A DNA stretch of 64,000 nucleotides. It comes from a virus. Both the position numbers and the translations under genes were made by a program. Position 1 is the first letter of the stretch. Each line of letters opens with the position of its first letter. Positions 30,644-40,183 of the stretch are shown one piece after another. The DNA is taken from IMG/VR virus record IMGVR_UViG_3300033148_003376, positions 39,594 through 103,593 of that record; one strand, given 5' to 3'. Below the pieces are notes generated by a model. It did not search any database, was not told the DNA's origin, and saw only the letters and a list, made by a program, of their open reading frames with translations.

Positions 30644-31174
30644 CTAAGAAGCTTCTCCGTCGGTGAAGTAATTGTAACTCACGGTTACCGTGGGTTTCAC
30701 TGTGTCGCTACCTTCGCCGACAAGTTGAGCACTGGCTTCATCGTCTGACCAAAACGCTCCATGAAGCTTGAAAAACCATATACGATTGTTGTCTCGATCG
30801 AGCTGGTAAAGTGTGATCTCACCCTCGATTTCATTCTGTGGTTTCTTCTTCCCGGTATTGGGATCCCAACACGCATCGCGCCACGCCTTGAGGAACTTGC
30901 GAATAGTGTTCTTGGTGTCTTCGAGGAATGTCAACGTGATCGAGTCGGAATAGGTCGGAACACCACTTTGCCGAATCTTGTGACCACGGACATTTCCTTC
31001 GACTACAGCATCGGTCAGTTTCGGAACATCGGCTGATTCGCACCTGACGTTGAGAGCTGCACTGGTAAACTGTCCAGCAATCGCAGGGGGTGGAACTGTG
31101 AATTCGAAATCCCAGCTAATAAGTAGTGCGAGATCTCCGATCTGTCTTACCTGTTCATGTGTAGGTCGTCCCAT
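30644..31174 (-). CDS. tail tube protein (T4 gp19-like)
   Basis: Follows sheath; RCESADVP, G.PTYSDSITLTFLE, FKLHGAFW, VTVSYNY. Confidence 0.85.
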   Translation of the reverse strand: MGRPTHEQVRQIGDLALLISWDFEFTVPPPAIAGQFTSAALNVRCESADVPKLTDAVVEGNVRGHKIRQSGVPTYSDSITLTFLEDTKNTIRKFLKAWRDACWDPNTGKKKPQNEIEGEITLYQLDRDNNRIWFFKLHGAFWSDDEASAQLVGEGSDTVKPTVTVSYNYFTDGEAS

Positions 31175-31242
31175 TTTCTTAGTCCTTTCTCGGATCAAAG
31201 ATCAAATCCTGGTGGACCACAAGGATCCACCAGAATACAAAA

Positions 31243-33222
31243 TCAAACGAGTTCTTCTGCCAAAGTGAAATCGAGTCCGGTCGACGTTATGATGGTCTTG
31301 AACGGAACGTACTCGATGTCTTGTGCAGGTTTGACAAACAGCCAGAGGTTCATCCGGTGTGCGTCGACGTCTTCTGAGTCGTTGTTGTCACTACTGCAGA
31401 CAACCCTGAACGCATAGACACCGGTACGACCTTGGATGTTCCCCATGTACGTGGTCACGAGACCCGTAGCACGTCCTTGTTCTGCCGGGTCGTTCAGCTC
31501 GAAAAGGAAGTCTTCGAGAGCTTCAGCGACTGCAGGTTTGATGACAATGAGGAGCATACGGACATGTATCCGGTCAAGAGCGGAGGGTGTCGTCCAAAGG
31601 GTCTTTTGACCCCAGATGGCAAACCCTTTACCTTGTTTGTACCGGAACGGATTGATTCCATTATCGTAGAGGAGATCCATCTCTCCTTGGTCGTACTCTC
31701 GACGAAGACCCTTGATCGTGAGTCGTCCGCGTTTCCAACCTGCGGCTGGGAACCAGAGTTCTTCAGTCGCTGCAGTCTCACAGATCGCCGCAGCCGCGAA
31801 CCCATCCGGAGAGATATAAATATCTCTGTCGTTGAAACGATCGTAGACCAGAGAGCTACCGGCGTAGATTCCCGCGTACGACGAGTTCAGAGCGAGTGTG
31901 GTCTTCCGGTAATTCACCACCTCGGTCATGTAGTCTGCTGCGTCTTCAGCGGAAAACGGAGTCGACAAGACTGCGAAGGAATCATCACGGTTCTCCGCAA
32001 GAGTCGCGAGATGTTGTTGGTAGTTGACCGTTGCCCAGCCACCATCCATGATGACCGTGAGCAGTGTCGAATCAGGATTTTTGAGAGCGTCAACAGCTAC
32101 GATCATCTCTGCGTCAGTAACAGCAGAACCGTTGTCTCCACCATTCAAGGCAAGAACGGTCGCCTGGTCTTTCGGAAGAACCGTGTTGGCAATCAAGATG
32201 TTGTCGATCGCCCTGATGTATTTCGAGGAGAGCAATCTGTCCTCTACATACATGTTTCGACCGTACCCATCCTTTAGACCTTGTACTCTCGAAAGGGTAA
32301 ACGATTCGACCGGAGTCGCAACGTTGTCTCTGTAGTACACGTCAATGACAAATGCTCCAGCTACTTTGACGTAGTCGGGATTTGTCGTATAGGTCGTCAC
32401 CTTGATCTTGATGTCATCGTTCCAGATACCCTGGTTGGTACCGTAGATGAGGATCGCTTCGTCAACGACGTCAACCTCGTCCACACCTTGTGTCGTAACT
32501 GAGAATGTTACACCGGCGTTAACATCGACCGCATCTGACACATCGCCTTTGTCAGCTTTTGTGAGAACAAATGCCGCTGTCGTCGGAACCGGTGCTGAAT
32601 ACTCAGTCAAAGCAGCCAAAGCAGCCGCAGTTTTTACAGCAACCTGAATTGCCGTATCAGCCGCAACCACATCAACTTTCACAGCGGTTCCGGTGAGACC
32701 GGGATCAGTCTGGGTATTCGCTCCATCTGTTACATCATACCAGATGTAGTGTAGATCGCCCGGTGCTTGCCATGCCCTACCAACACCATTGAAATCAAGA
32801 GTTGAAGCTACAGGACATGTCACTTCCGTCACTTCTGCAACGCCTTCGACATCCGGATTGTCATCGAAGACATACGCAGACGGGTCCACGAGACCGGCTG
32901 GAAGTGCAAAGTTGTCCGTACTCGACGAGATCGTCTTGAGCGACAGACCTCCGTAGAGTGCGTCTTTCGCCGCTCTTACCGTCCACATCTTGTTGGTTTT
33001 TTGGAGAGCGGTAAGAGCCGAAAAAAACGAAAGGTCGTGTCCGACTTCGATCTTCCCGTTGGGTGTGAAATCGTTCAAGAGCTTCGTGTCACTCGTGACT
33101 AGAACCTTCGAGTTGACAGGACCTCTTGGTGCTGGAATCGCTATACCGCAGTATGGACCAGGAAAACTCGGTACACGTGCGCTGAGATCCAACTCTGAGC
33201 GTTGAACTGCTGGTGCTCCCAT
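31243..33222 (-). CDS. tail sheath protein (T4 gp18-like)
   Basis: 659 aa; APAV..SELDLS N-terminus, WFPAAGWKRG, LYDNGINP, IWGQKTL, ALDRIHVRML, FELND, VKPAQDIEYV. Confidence 0.95.
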   Translation of the reverse strand: MGAPAVQRSELDLSARVPSFPGPYCGIAIPAPRGPVNSKVLVTSDTKLLNDFTPNGKIEVGHDLSFFSALTALQKTNKMWTVRAAKDALYGGLSLKTISSSTDNFALPAGLVDPSAYVFDDNPDVEGVAEVTEVTCPVASTLDFNGVGRAWQAPGDLHYIWYDVTDGANTQTDPGLTGTAVKVDVVAADTAIQVAVKTAAALAALTEYSAPVPTTAAFVLTKADKGDVSDAVDVNAGVTFSVTTQGVDEVDVVDEAILIYGTNQGIWNDDIKIKVTTYTTNPDYVKVAGAFVIDVYYRDNVATPVESFTLSRVQGLKDGYGRNMYVEDRLLSSKYIRAIDNILIANTVLPKDQATVLALNGGDNGSAVTDAEMIVAVDALKNPDSTLLTVIMDGGWATVNYQQHLATLAENRDDSFAVLSTPFSAEDAADYMTEVVNYRKTTLALNSSYAGIYAGSSLVYDRFNDRDIYISPDGFAAAAICETAATEELWFPAAGWKRGRLTIKGLRREYDQGEMDLLYDNGINPFRYKQGKGFAIWGQKTLWTTPSALDRIHVRMLLIVIKPAVAEALEDFLFELNDPAEQGRATGLVTTYMGNIQGRTGVYAFRVVCSSDNNDSEDVDAHRMNLWLFVKPAQDIEYVPFKTIITSTGLDFTLAEELV

Positions 33223-33243
33223 GGGACTCCTCCTTCCTACTTG

Positions 33244-33501
33244 TTACAGTTTGGTTGCGAAGATTCCCGTGGGGAGCTTCTCTAGTTTTTCGATATCCGG
33301 AACGATGAACGGGTCTTTGGGATTAGCTCCCGCTCGCGCTGGAACGACAATGTTTGTCTTGTCATATTTCAGAGGAACGGCATGTCTCAGTCTCGAAAAG
33401 AGTTTTCGAGCGTTCGGACCATACTCGTTCTTCTTCCACTGCGCCTTCTTTTTGGATTTTGGTGAAGCACCAGGTGGTGTTACACTCGTGTTTTTTGCCA
33501 T
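33244..33501 (-). CDS. small basic hypothetical protein
   Basis: GGAGAGG RBS before MAKNTS. Confidence 0.65.
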   Translation of the reverse strand: MAKNTSVTPPGASPKSKKKAQWKKNEYGPNARKLFSRLRHAVPLKYDKTNIVVPARAGANPKDPFIVPDIEKLEKLPTGIFATKL

Positions 33502-33511
33502 TGCCTCTCCC

Positions 33512-34183
33512 CTATGAACTTGGTTCAACTTTGAATTCGCGAACTGTTTTATATTCGGTGCGATATTTGGATACGTCTAAGAAGGTATTGATCTGTGCAT
33601 TGATCTCCAAGATGATCTTTCCAGTGCCTTTGAACACCGGAAACCCTCCGCGTACGATAGCCGATGACGTGTAGAGTTTGTAATCAATACCCTCGTAATT
33701 GACAGTCAGATCATCGAGAGCATTGTAAATGACACTATACTCGTACACTCCACCAATACCAGGTAACGTGACATCGATATTCTTGATGCTCGCGATGTTC
33801 TCTTCGACGAGGTATTCTACCTCGAAATTCTCCATGTCATGCATCTCGTCATGACAATAAAAGAACTGGATCTCCATTTCCCCGTTGAGCACACTGAAAA
33901 GTTCTACTGTACCGTCGAAGATCTCGCCTTTGGTTTTCAATTTGTGAAGACGACGACCGGAACCTAATCCTGACCATCTGAGAGGAGTTCGTTTGAATGC
34001 GATAAGAGGAAAAGCGTCTTTTACAATGTCGAATGTTTCGTTGTCAGCTCTTAGCTTCGTGATTGCAGTTTCAAATGAGAGTTGCTCGTCATAGACAAAC
34101 TTCAGACCCGGATTCAACGCCGTACACTTTTGCATGAATCGATCGAGCACGAGAACTGGTGTTGATATGACATTGATGGTCAA
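33512..34183 (-). CDS. tail terminator / sheath stabiliser (T4 gp15 position)
   Basis: 223 aa upstream of sheath; FPLIAFKR motif; synteny. Confidence 0.5.
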   Translation of the reverse strand: MTINVISTPVLVLDRFMQKCTALNPGLKFVYDEQLSFETAITKLRADNETFDIVKDAFPLIAFKRTPLRWSGLGSGRRLHKLKTKGEIFDGTVELFSVLNGEMEIQFFYCHDEMHDMENFEVEYLVEENIASIKNIDVTLPGIGGVYEYSVIYNALDDLTVNYEGIDYKLYTSSAIVRGGFPVFKGTGKIILEINAQINTFLDVSKYRTEYKTVREFKVEPSS

Positions 34184-34227
34184 GAATATATCCTCTCACC
34201 CAGCCTTGAACAAAATCTGACAAATCG

Positions 34228-34518
34228 TCATGTCAACCCGTCCATGGCTTTGATCTTCTCGATCAAAAATGGAATATCCTTGCTCAGTGTCACAGGTACA
34301 CCGTTGATCTGGATGTCGAACAGGATGTTCCCGAGTGCGGTAAAGAAGTCGGAAAGCTCGTAGAGCTTCTTCTTTTCAACTTCGTCGTGGGTCTTCTCAA
34401 CGAGTTTCCCGAATTTCCGGATCGCGGCGATCGTGTCCTTGCGCTTGGCAAAGTCAATTTTCTCGGAGATATTTGCTTTGTCGATACGATCGATTAATTC
34501 TTTTGCAGGACTATTCAT
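34228..34518 (-). CDS. leader-tagged small protein
   Basis: MNSPAKELIDRIDKANISE. Confidence 0.75.
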   Translation of the reverse strand: MNSPAKELIDRIDKANISEKIDFAKRKDTIAAIRKFGKLVEKTHDEVEKKKLYELSDFFTALGNILFDIQINGVPVTLSKDIPFLIEKIKAMDGLT

Positions 34519-34531
34519 GATGATATCCTTT

Positions 34532-34933
34532 CTAATCGCCTAACGATGCGAGTTTGAACCACGAAAAGATCTCCAAGAAATATCCCTTGCCTTCTGGGAC
34601 TTGAAGACTGAACCGTCGTGTCCTTCCATCGAGAGTCTTATAAGAGATACGTCCTCCTGATTTTGGGATGTCAGATTTCGTCAGAAGAAATGTCTCATTC
34701 AGCGTTCCCGAGGAAAACGGTCCAAATACACCAAGTTCATCGGTAAGTATGATTCCGGTGAACTTGACCGGTTCGTCTGCAACGCTTCCAGATGCTTTCC
34801 CGTAGACCTTTGTGTAGACATTCTTCACCATCTCATAGTAATCGAATTCAATTCCGATCTTCGGTTCAAGAGCCTCGTACGCCATAGCGTATTTTGTTTG
34901 GAGGATCTCCTCCACACGCTTGATATACGTCAA
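34532..34933 (-). CDS. putative head-closure protein (gp14 position)
   Basis: 133 aa; TKVYG motif; synteny between neck and tail-terminator genes. Confidence 0.4.
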   Translation of the reverse strand: MTYIKRVEEILQTKYAMAYEALEPKIGIEFDYYEMVKNVYTKVYGKASGSVADEPVKFTGIILTDELGVFGPFSSGTLNETFLLTKSDIPKSGGRISYKTLDGRTRRFSLQVPEGKGYFLEIFSWFKLASLGD

Positions 34934-34937
34934 TTCG

Positions 34938-36941
34938 TTATCCTAGTGCGGGTCGTCGTTTCGGTGTTTTAAAACCTGGTGTTCGCTTTGGAGTTTTGAG
35001 TCCAGGTGTCGGTTTTCGTTTGAACGTCGCCGATTTCTTCACAACTGGTTTTTTCTTCACAGTCTTTTTCTTGGGACGAATTCCCTTGATACCTGTTACT
35101 TTTCCTTGCACGAGTCCTGCTCCGATCAATACTCTTATGAGAGCTGAAATGTGTTTGCAAAACCCGAGGATGTTCTTTGGGTTTCTCTCCGGTCGATCTT
35201 TGGTCTTGCGGATATATCGACGCCAATTTCCGATGAGCGACTTTTTGTCGTGGAGTGGCTTCTCCCAACCAAAGCGGAAATCGGGACAATTATGTACAAA
35301 TACACCACTTGAACAATCGGTATTACCATCTATATCTACTGCGAAATTCCCATACTTTTCTACGGTAAAACAATAAACATCTTCACATCCGTCTTCTTTG
35401 ACCGAGACCACTTTATGGTTAAAGTTAGGATCTTCTTTCACAAGATCATACATCCCCACTGACCGCTTCATTATCTGAATGGGAAGATCCAGTGCTGACA
35501 CATGTCTTCTAATCGCATCGAGGAAGTGATGAAATTGTGAATAACCAAATTTAGTCTGATAAGAAGATGTCAAACGAAATGAACCATTGGATAAAGATAT
35601 GAGCCAGTTCCTAAGAACGTTAGCTTTTTTGAAATTTTTACTTTTCAATAATGACCATGACCCATCCTTTTGAGCGTCTATCATCTGCTTTCTAACACGT
35701 TCACGATGTTCGTCTGTTTGAAAGTGATGACGTCCTTCTGTGACAGCTTTCCTATTTACTTCCGTCGCCTTCGCTAAACCATGACTAGTGTCGATAGACC
35801 CGTCTGCGAGTTTCCTTTTCCGGGTATCAGATTGTCTCTTCCTTACTTCTAGTGTATTACCAGCGACCCTGCATTTCTTGACAAAGTCGTCTATTTGTCC
35901 TCTTTGTCTTCGTGTCTCTACAGCTTTCATTGAAATTTCAGATCTCTTCCCCGGAGACATCGCAAGCCAGCGTTCGAGTACCTTTCCATGGAGACCTAGT
36001 CGTCCCTGAGTCTCACGCATCTTCTTCACAGTCTCCGGATTCTTCATCGGATTCTTGTCACCAGCCATCCTTTCATGGTGGAGCTTGTTATGCTCATACC
36101 ATGACATTCTCTGAATGTTGGATGGTGTATTATCTCTCTTGTTAAAATTTCTATGGTGTCGTATCGTTCCGGCTGATTTATCATAAACGTCGGTTTCTAT
36201 ATTGTAAGAATCCGACAAAGAATGTGTTGTTTCCCATTTGTCGGACCCTTGGTATACTTCCTCGTATCCTTCCATGAATGTTTTGTCAGAAAGCTTTCTA
36301 TAAAGTGGTTCAATCGAATCACCAGATGTCAATTGGTCAGCTCGTAAATAATGACCGTTTTTCAAAAGGAATTCATGATCGGGTGTACATCTAATAGAAT
36401 TTCCATTATCGAATGTGATTTTCAACAGTTTAGCATTTTCTTCTTTGACCTCACATGTATGGGCTCTACCAACCACTACCTTTTCACAATCAACATCATA
36501 CGAAAATACGAAGAACTCATTTCTCCCGATCAAATCTCGTATTGGAATGGATGTCCCATCGGCAAGTGGTATAAGAGTATCTCCAGTGAAGCAAGAGCAC
36601 TTTATTTTCACCGGATTTTTACTCAAACGAGGTGGCTCATAATACATGAGCTTCGTAGCGACCTTCACCGGTATCCAGTTTTCTTTTTCTTTCTTATCGG
36701 AAAACTTCACGTCCCCGAACTGAGCATATGTCGTGTACCGTGCAACCTTTTTTGGTATCCCTTTCTTACCGGTAACTTCTACAGCACCCGCAGGATCACC
36801 TTCGACTGTACCCTTGTAAAGAATCATCTTCACACCGACCATAGGCACAGTCACGATCTCGATGACATCCCGGCGTTCATACTTCGTGTAGTCCCGGAAA
36901 GGCTTCATCTGTTTTGCAATTTGGGTAAACGACATAGCCAT
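34938..36941 (-). CDS. SWIM zinc-finger protein interrupted by an intein
   Basis: Spliced extein reads KIKCS|CPDFRFGW...FCKHISAL (CxC...CxH); 232 aa after splicing; basic TPKR-type tail. Confidence 0.85.
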   Translation of the reverse strand: MAMSFTQIAKQMKPFRDYTKYERRDVIEIVTVPMVGVKMILYKGTVEGDPAGAVEVTGKKGIPKKVARYTTYAQFGDVKFSDKKEKENWIPVKVATKLMYYEPPRLSKNPVKIKCSCFTGDTLIPLADGTSIPIRDLIGRNEFFVFSYDVDCEKVVVGRAHTCEVKEENAKLLKITFDNGNSIRCTPDHEFLLKNGHYLRADQLTSGDSIEPLYRKLSDKTFMEGYEEVYQGSDKWETTHSLSDSYNIETDVYDKSAGTIRHHRNFNKRDNTPSNIQRMSWYEHNKLHHERMAGDKNPMKNPETVKKMRETQGRLGLHGKVLERWLAMSPGKRSEISMKAVETRRQRGQIDDFVKKCRVAGNTLEVRKRQSDTRKRKLADGSIDTSHGLAKATEVNRKAVTEGRHHFQTDEHRERVRKQMIDAQKDGSWSLLKSKNFKKANVLRNWLISLSNGSFRLTSSYQTKFGYSQFHHFLDAIRRHVSALDLPIQIMKRSVGMYDLVKEDPNFNHKVVSVKEDGCEDVYCFTVEKYGNFAVDIDGNTDCSSGVFVHNCPDFRFGWEKPLHDKKSLIGNWRRYIRKTKDRPERNPKNILGFCKHISALIRVLIGAGLVQGKVTGIKGIRPKKKTVKKKPVVKKSATFKRKPTPGLKTPKRTPGFKTPKRRPALG
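35289..36593 (-). mobile_element. intein (435 aa) with HNH-type endonuclease domain
   Basis: Block A CFTGDTLIPLADG; block B IRCTPDHEFL; block F DVYCFTV...NF; block G VFVHN followed by Cys+1; internal IRHHRNFNKRDNTPSNIQRM...EH..LH. Confidence 0.95.
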
Positions 36942-36952
36942 GAAATTGCGTC

Positions 36953-37303
36953 CTAGACGAGGTTTCCGTCGATCTTCTTGATGCCTTCGAGAATCGAAAT
37001 CATCTCGTCGAGTTCTTCCTTCATCTTCGTAGCTTCGGACATGGGAAGACGAGCATATTTGTCCACGGTAATATTGACGAAGAATCCCTTGGTGTCCGCC
37101 CCAAGAGATGCATACCTGTTTTCGACGTATATTCCATTGAATCCGTATTCTGTTGAATACGCCGCAGCGCTGAGACCTTTGCTTTTCAAAAGATTGACAA
37201 TCTTCTCAGCTTTTGCGAGATCGATCTCAAGCTTTCCTTCACTGACAGCGAGAACAGATTCATTGAGATTCTCGAGAAATTTTCCGGCGATTGACTTAGA
37301 CAT
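36953..37303 (-). CDS. leader-tagged protein
   Basis: GGAGG RBS; MSKSIAGKFLENLNES. Confidence 0.75.
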   Translation of the reverse strand: MSKSIAGKFLENLNESVLAVSEGKLEIDLAKAEKIVNLLKSKGLSAAAYSTEYGFNGIYVENRYASLGADTKGFFVNITVDKYARLPMSEATKMKEELDEMISILEGIKKIDGNLV

Positions 37304-37305
37304 CG

Positions 37306-37944
37306 TTATCCTCCGTAAGATAGATAGAAATCCCCGAACTCTTCAGTCAGTTCTTCCTTCGCTTCGTCTTCCATTTCTTTGCCTTCGGAGACGAGTTCAG
37401 AAGCATCATCTGTAATAGGGAAGTCTTCGACTGTGAATGCTCGGCGGGATCTGCCGACGATCTGAAGAAATCGTCCGGTAAGAAGCTTGAAAAAGACATC
37501 TGCGCCATCATCGATCGTGCTGAGATTGTACGAATCTAGATCCGACGTGTTACCGTCTTTGACAACAGCGTGTTTGTATACTGCAACGATGTCATAGATA
37601 CCAGGGGATGGTAGATAGAGGATCGGGTTACGATACTCCCATGGAGCCTCAACTTTTTTGAATTTATATGCGAACGAATCCATGAGTTGCCAAAGAGGTA
37701 CCCCGGCAATACGCACCGGTACCACGTTGGATATCCAATCTGGAATATCGCCAGTAAATGTGTAGGTACGAACCGACGCGTTTATATTGAACTTACGCGA
37801 CTCTGGTGCATATCGGCTGTACTTACCAAGGACAGAGCGAACCAAGACGACAAATTTGTCGATCTTGACTTCAAGGTTTTCGGCTCTGACGATGAACTGA
37901 CTGGATTCCAACAGGACTCGATCAAAAATTTCCTGAAGGGTCAT
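37306..37944 (-). CDS. neck / head-tail adaptor (T4 gp13-like)
   Basis: Downstream of capsid gene; C-terminal IVGRSRRAF...DASELVSEG.E.E.E..EEL pattern. Confidence 0.6.
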   Translation of the reverse strand: MTLQEIFDRVLLESSQFIVRAENLEVKIDKFVVLVRSVLGKYSRYAPESRKFNINASVRTYTFTGDIPDWISNVVPVRIAGVPLWQLMDSFAYKFKKVEAPWEYRNPILYLPSPGIYDIVAVYKHAVVKDGNTSDLDSYNLSTIDDGADVFFKLLTGRFLQIVGRSRRAFTVEDFPITDDASELVSEGKEMEDEAKEELTEEFGDFYLSYGG

Positions 37945-37963
37945 ATATCAGCCTCGTCGGATG

Positions 37964-38254
37964 TTACTTACCGCGTCCCTTTGGTTTCGGATCTGTCTTC
38001 GGGGGATTCTTCGGATCGGAGTTCGGTTCGAGTTTCGGAGGATTCTTGGATTCGGTCTTGATTGCCGCGTCGTATGTGATCTCGACGGTTTTCATAGCTT
38101 CGAGAGATTCAGCGTCGTGTTTGTATGGAGCGTACTCTTCCTCGGTTTTGAAAAGGTGTGAGTCGTCCTTACTGAGCGTGATTGTTTTGATGGCTGGATT
38201 CCCGGCACCAAGTAGCGACTGACCTTTGAGAATGTTCTTGACTATTATCTTCAT
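37964..38254 (-). CDS. small hypothetical protein with Pro/Lys-rich tail
   Basis: GGAGA RBS; KNPPK repeated. Confidence 0.65.
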   Translation of the reverse strand: MKIIVKNILKGQSLLGAGNPAIKTITLSKDDSHLFKTEEEYAPYKHDAESLEAMKTVEITYDAAIKTESKNPPKLEPNSDPKNPPKTDPKPKGRGK

Positions 38255-38281
38255 CAAATGTCTCCCAGGATTTATGAAAGT

Positions 38282-38312
38282 AAAAACCGGGGAACCCCGA
38301 AGGATTCCCCAG
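38282..38312 (-). terminator. intrinsic terminator after major capsid gene
   Basis: GGGGAATCC-TTCG-GGGTTCCCC then GGTTTTT (cUUCGg tetraloop). Confidence 0.9.
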
Positions 38313-38355
38313 TGAATGTATGACTAATTGTCACAAGTGGCCTATACCACAAGGG

Positions 38356-39489
38356 TTACGTGATGGTCAACTTGGTAATGTACTGTGCCACAAGCGTTTC
38401 CGCCGCGCCCCAGGCTGCACCCGCTCGCATTGAGCCCAGAGGGTTAGGTGCCTCGGGGATCGTTCCCGTGATGAGGAGTGGCATAAAAGGGGCCCAGATC
38501 GCGGGCGCTTCGAAAATCGTGCCACCATTCCATACACACAGGATTTCAGCCAGCGGTAAGATTGCTGCTTCGAGTACACGAACCACGGTTACGCCATTCA
38601 ACGTTCCGTACACGTGTGCGCCGAGAGCTTTTCCATCGGCCAATTTCTCGAATCCAGGCATGACAGAGATCGTCGTGCAAGCGTCTTTTCCGGCGATGAG
38701 AAGAGAGATGATTCCACGGCCACAGTTTCCAGTGAGTACGCCTTCGGCTTGTGCGACCGCTTTTTTGAAAGACAGCCAGTGTTCGTAATCGGAAATGTTC
38801 GTCGGAGGAGCTTCCTGCCAGTTGGTATTTCCGATGGCACTAGCGTTCATGCTACGAATCAGGTCACCTGCGATCTCACGGTTGATCTCGGTCGTGAGTC
38901 GAGTTGCGAGTTCGTCTTCCGCAACCATGCCGAAACGCTTCATGAGAGCGAATTCTTGCATGAGTCCGATGCGTCCCTTGAGAGCGTACATGTGACTCAT
39001 GACAGTCTTGCTGTCCATGAAATCTTCGATGATCGGAAGATCGGTCGAGAGTTCGTAGTTGGCCTGACCAGATGCGTAGATCTTCTTGGCGTCGAGACCG
39101 ACGTCGTCGGTGACTTTCAGAATCACCGCACCGGTAACGTGGTTGATGGTACCGGAAAGTCCGATCCCGTAGAGTACACCCAATCCAGTCGCGGAGTCAG
39201 TTTCAACATCTTTGGCGACAGCGACACTCTCTGCAATGCCTTCGATCGTGATCTTGAGGGTCTGAGACCTGATGGGAAACATCGCTGCAGGAAGAGTGAA
39301 ACCGTATCCTTCGGTACCCGATGTGATGGTAGCGCCTGTGTCCAGGGGACCGAGCAGGTTCGATGCGTATCCCACTGGAGTCACGATACCGGTACGTGGG
39401 TTGACGACTACGTCACCAGCGGCTTGGGAACCTTTGGTTGTCGCTGAACGCACGTTCTGAAAGTAGACTGTTCCCTTCTCGTCGTCGAT
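38356..39489 (-). CDS. major capsid protein (T4 gp23-like), exon 2
   Basis: IDDEKGTVYF...; EDELATRLTTEINREI; G.ISLLIAG; VYGTLNG; AIWAPFMPL; in frame with exon 1 after splicing (490 aa total). Confidence 0.9.
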   Translation of the reverse strand: MDDEKGTVYFQNVRSATTKGSQAAGDVVVNPRTGIVTPVGYASNLLGPLDTGATITSGTEGYGFTLPAAMFPIRSQTLKITIEGIAESVAVAKDVETDSATGLGVLYGIGLSGTINHVTGAVILKVTDDVGLDAKKIYASGQANYELSTDLPIIEDFMDSKTVMSHMYALKGRIGLMQEFALMKRFGMVAEDELATRLTTEINREIAGDLIRSMNASAIGNTNWQEAPPTNISDYEHWLSFKKAVAQAEGVLTGNCGRGIISLLIAGKDACTTISVMPGFEKLADGKALGAHVYGTLNGVTVVRVLEAAILPLAEILCVWNGGTIFEAPAIWAPFMPLLITGTIPEAPNPLGSMRAGAAWGAAETLVAQYITKLTIT

Positions 39490-39771
39490 CATTTGTGTTC
39501 ACTACGAGTCGTTAATCCGTAGCCGGGACGAAACCCAGCTCATGCTTTCACATGAGATCAGACTATATCTTCATCCTTCTCTTTGCAGAGGTAGGATGTC
39601 CCCCATTTCCACCCACTTGGGTGTACGCTCGTCAAGAGCTAGTCGTTGAACCTTCTCAATTTTCATTGAGCTTGGCTGCTGATTGTCATATCTATTATTC
39701 ATAGACTTAGAGTTTCCAGCAATTAAAGGGATTATCACATGACGTCTCCGTCATGCGGCCCGTCGAAGTTC
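39490..39771 (-). ncRNA. group I self-splicing intron (282 nt, no ORF) in major capsid gene
   Basis: P AAUUGCUGGAAA (39713-39724), Q AAUCAGCAGCCAAG (39671-39684), R GGUUCAACGACUAG (39639-39652), S AAGAUAUAGUCU (39560-39571); 5' exon ends in U pairing with IGS GGGC; last nt G; splicing restores IQP|IDD. Confidence 0.92.
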
Positions 39772-40110
39772 AGGCTGAATCGTCGCGATGATGGGAATCA
39801 CACTGGAACCCATCACGGCAGTAATCACATCCCATGCGACGTTCGGAATGAGACCGAGTGCATTCGTGTTGCTCTCGCTGATCATGCCTCGGTGTCTCAT
39901 CAGAGCCATGTATATTTCGTACTGGTCCAGTTGTTTTCCGAGTGCATAGTAGTCTTGTACTCCGGGGGAACCGCCACGGTGTTTCGCCAGGGGGGAACCT
40001 TCCAGAGCTTCCATCTGAGGTTTGTACGCTTTGAAGTAACGATCGATCGATTCCTCGATCTTGACCATTTCCTCGTCCAGATTGATGTTGCCTTGCATTG
40101 GAGCACCCAT
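39772..40110 (-). CDS. major capsid protein, exon 1
   Basis: AGGAG RBS; prodomain ending MISE|S; ...VIPIIATIQP matches the gp23 ...GVQP motif. Confidence 0.9.
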
Positions 40111-40183
40111 GAATATTTCTCCTATTGGTAGTTGTTCGTGTCAATTTCGGCACCGAGAAGTGTCGGCTACCAAAGGAATTCGC

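Noticed and set aside
15465-33222. Bacterial contractile injection system (eCIS/T6SS/tailocin)
   Set aside because: Capsid, portal, protease and terminase genes are linked to the tail genes, so this is a phage
38356-40110. Capsid gene as two separate genes, a pseudogene, or stop-codon readthrough
   Set aside because: The intervening 282 nt has all group I core elements and precise splice junctions
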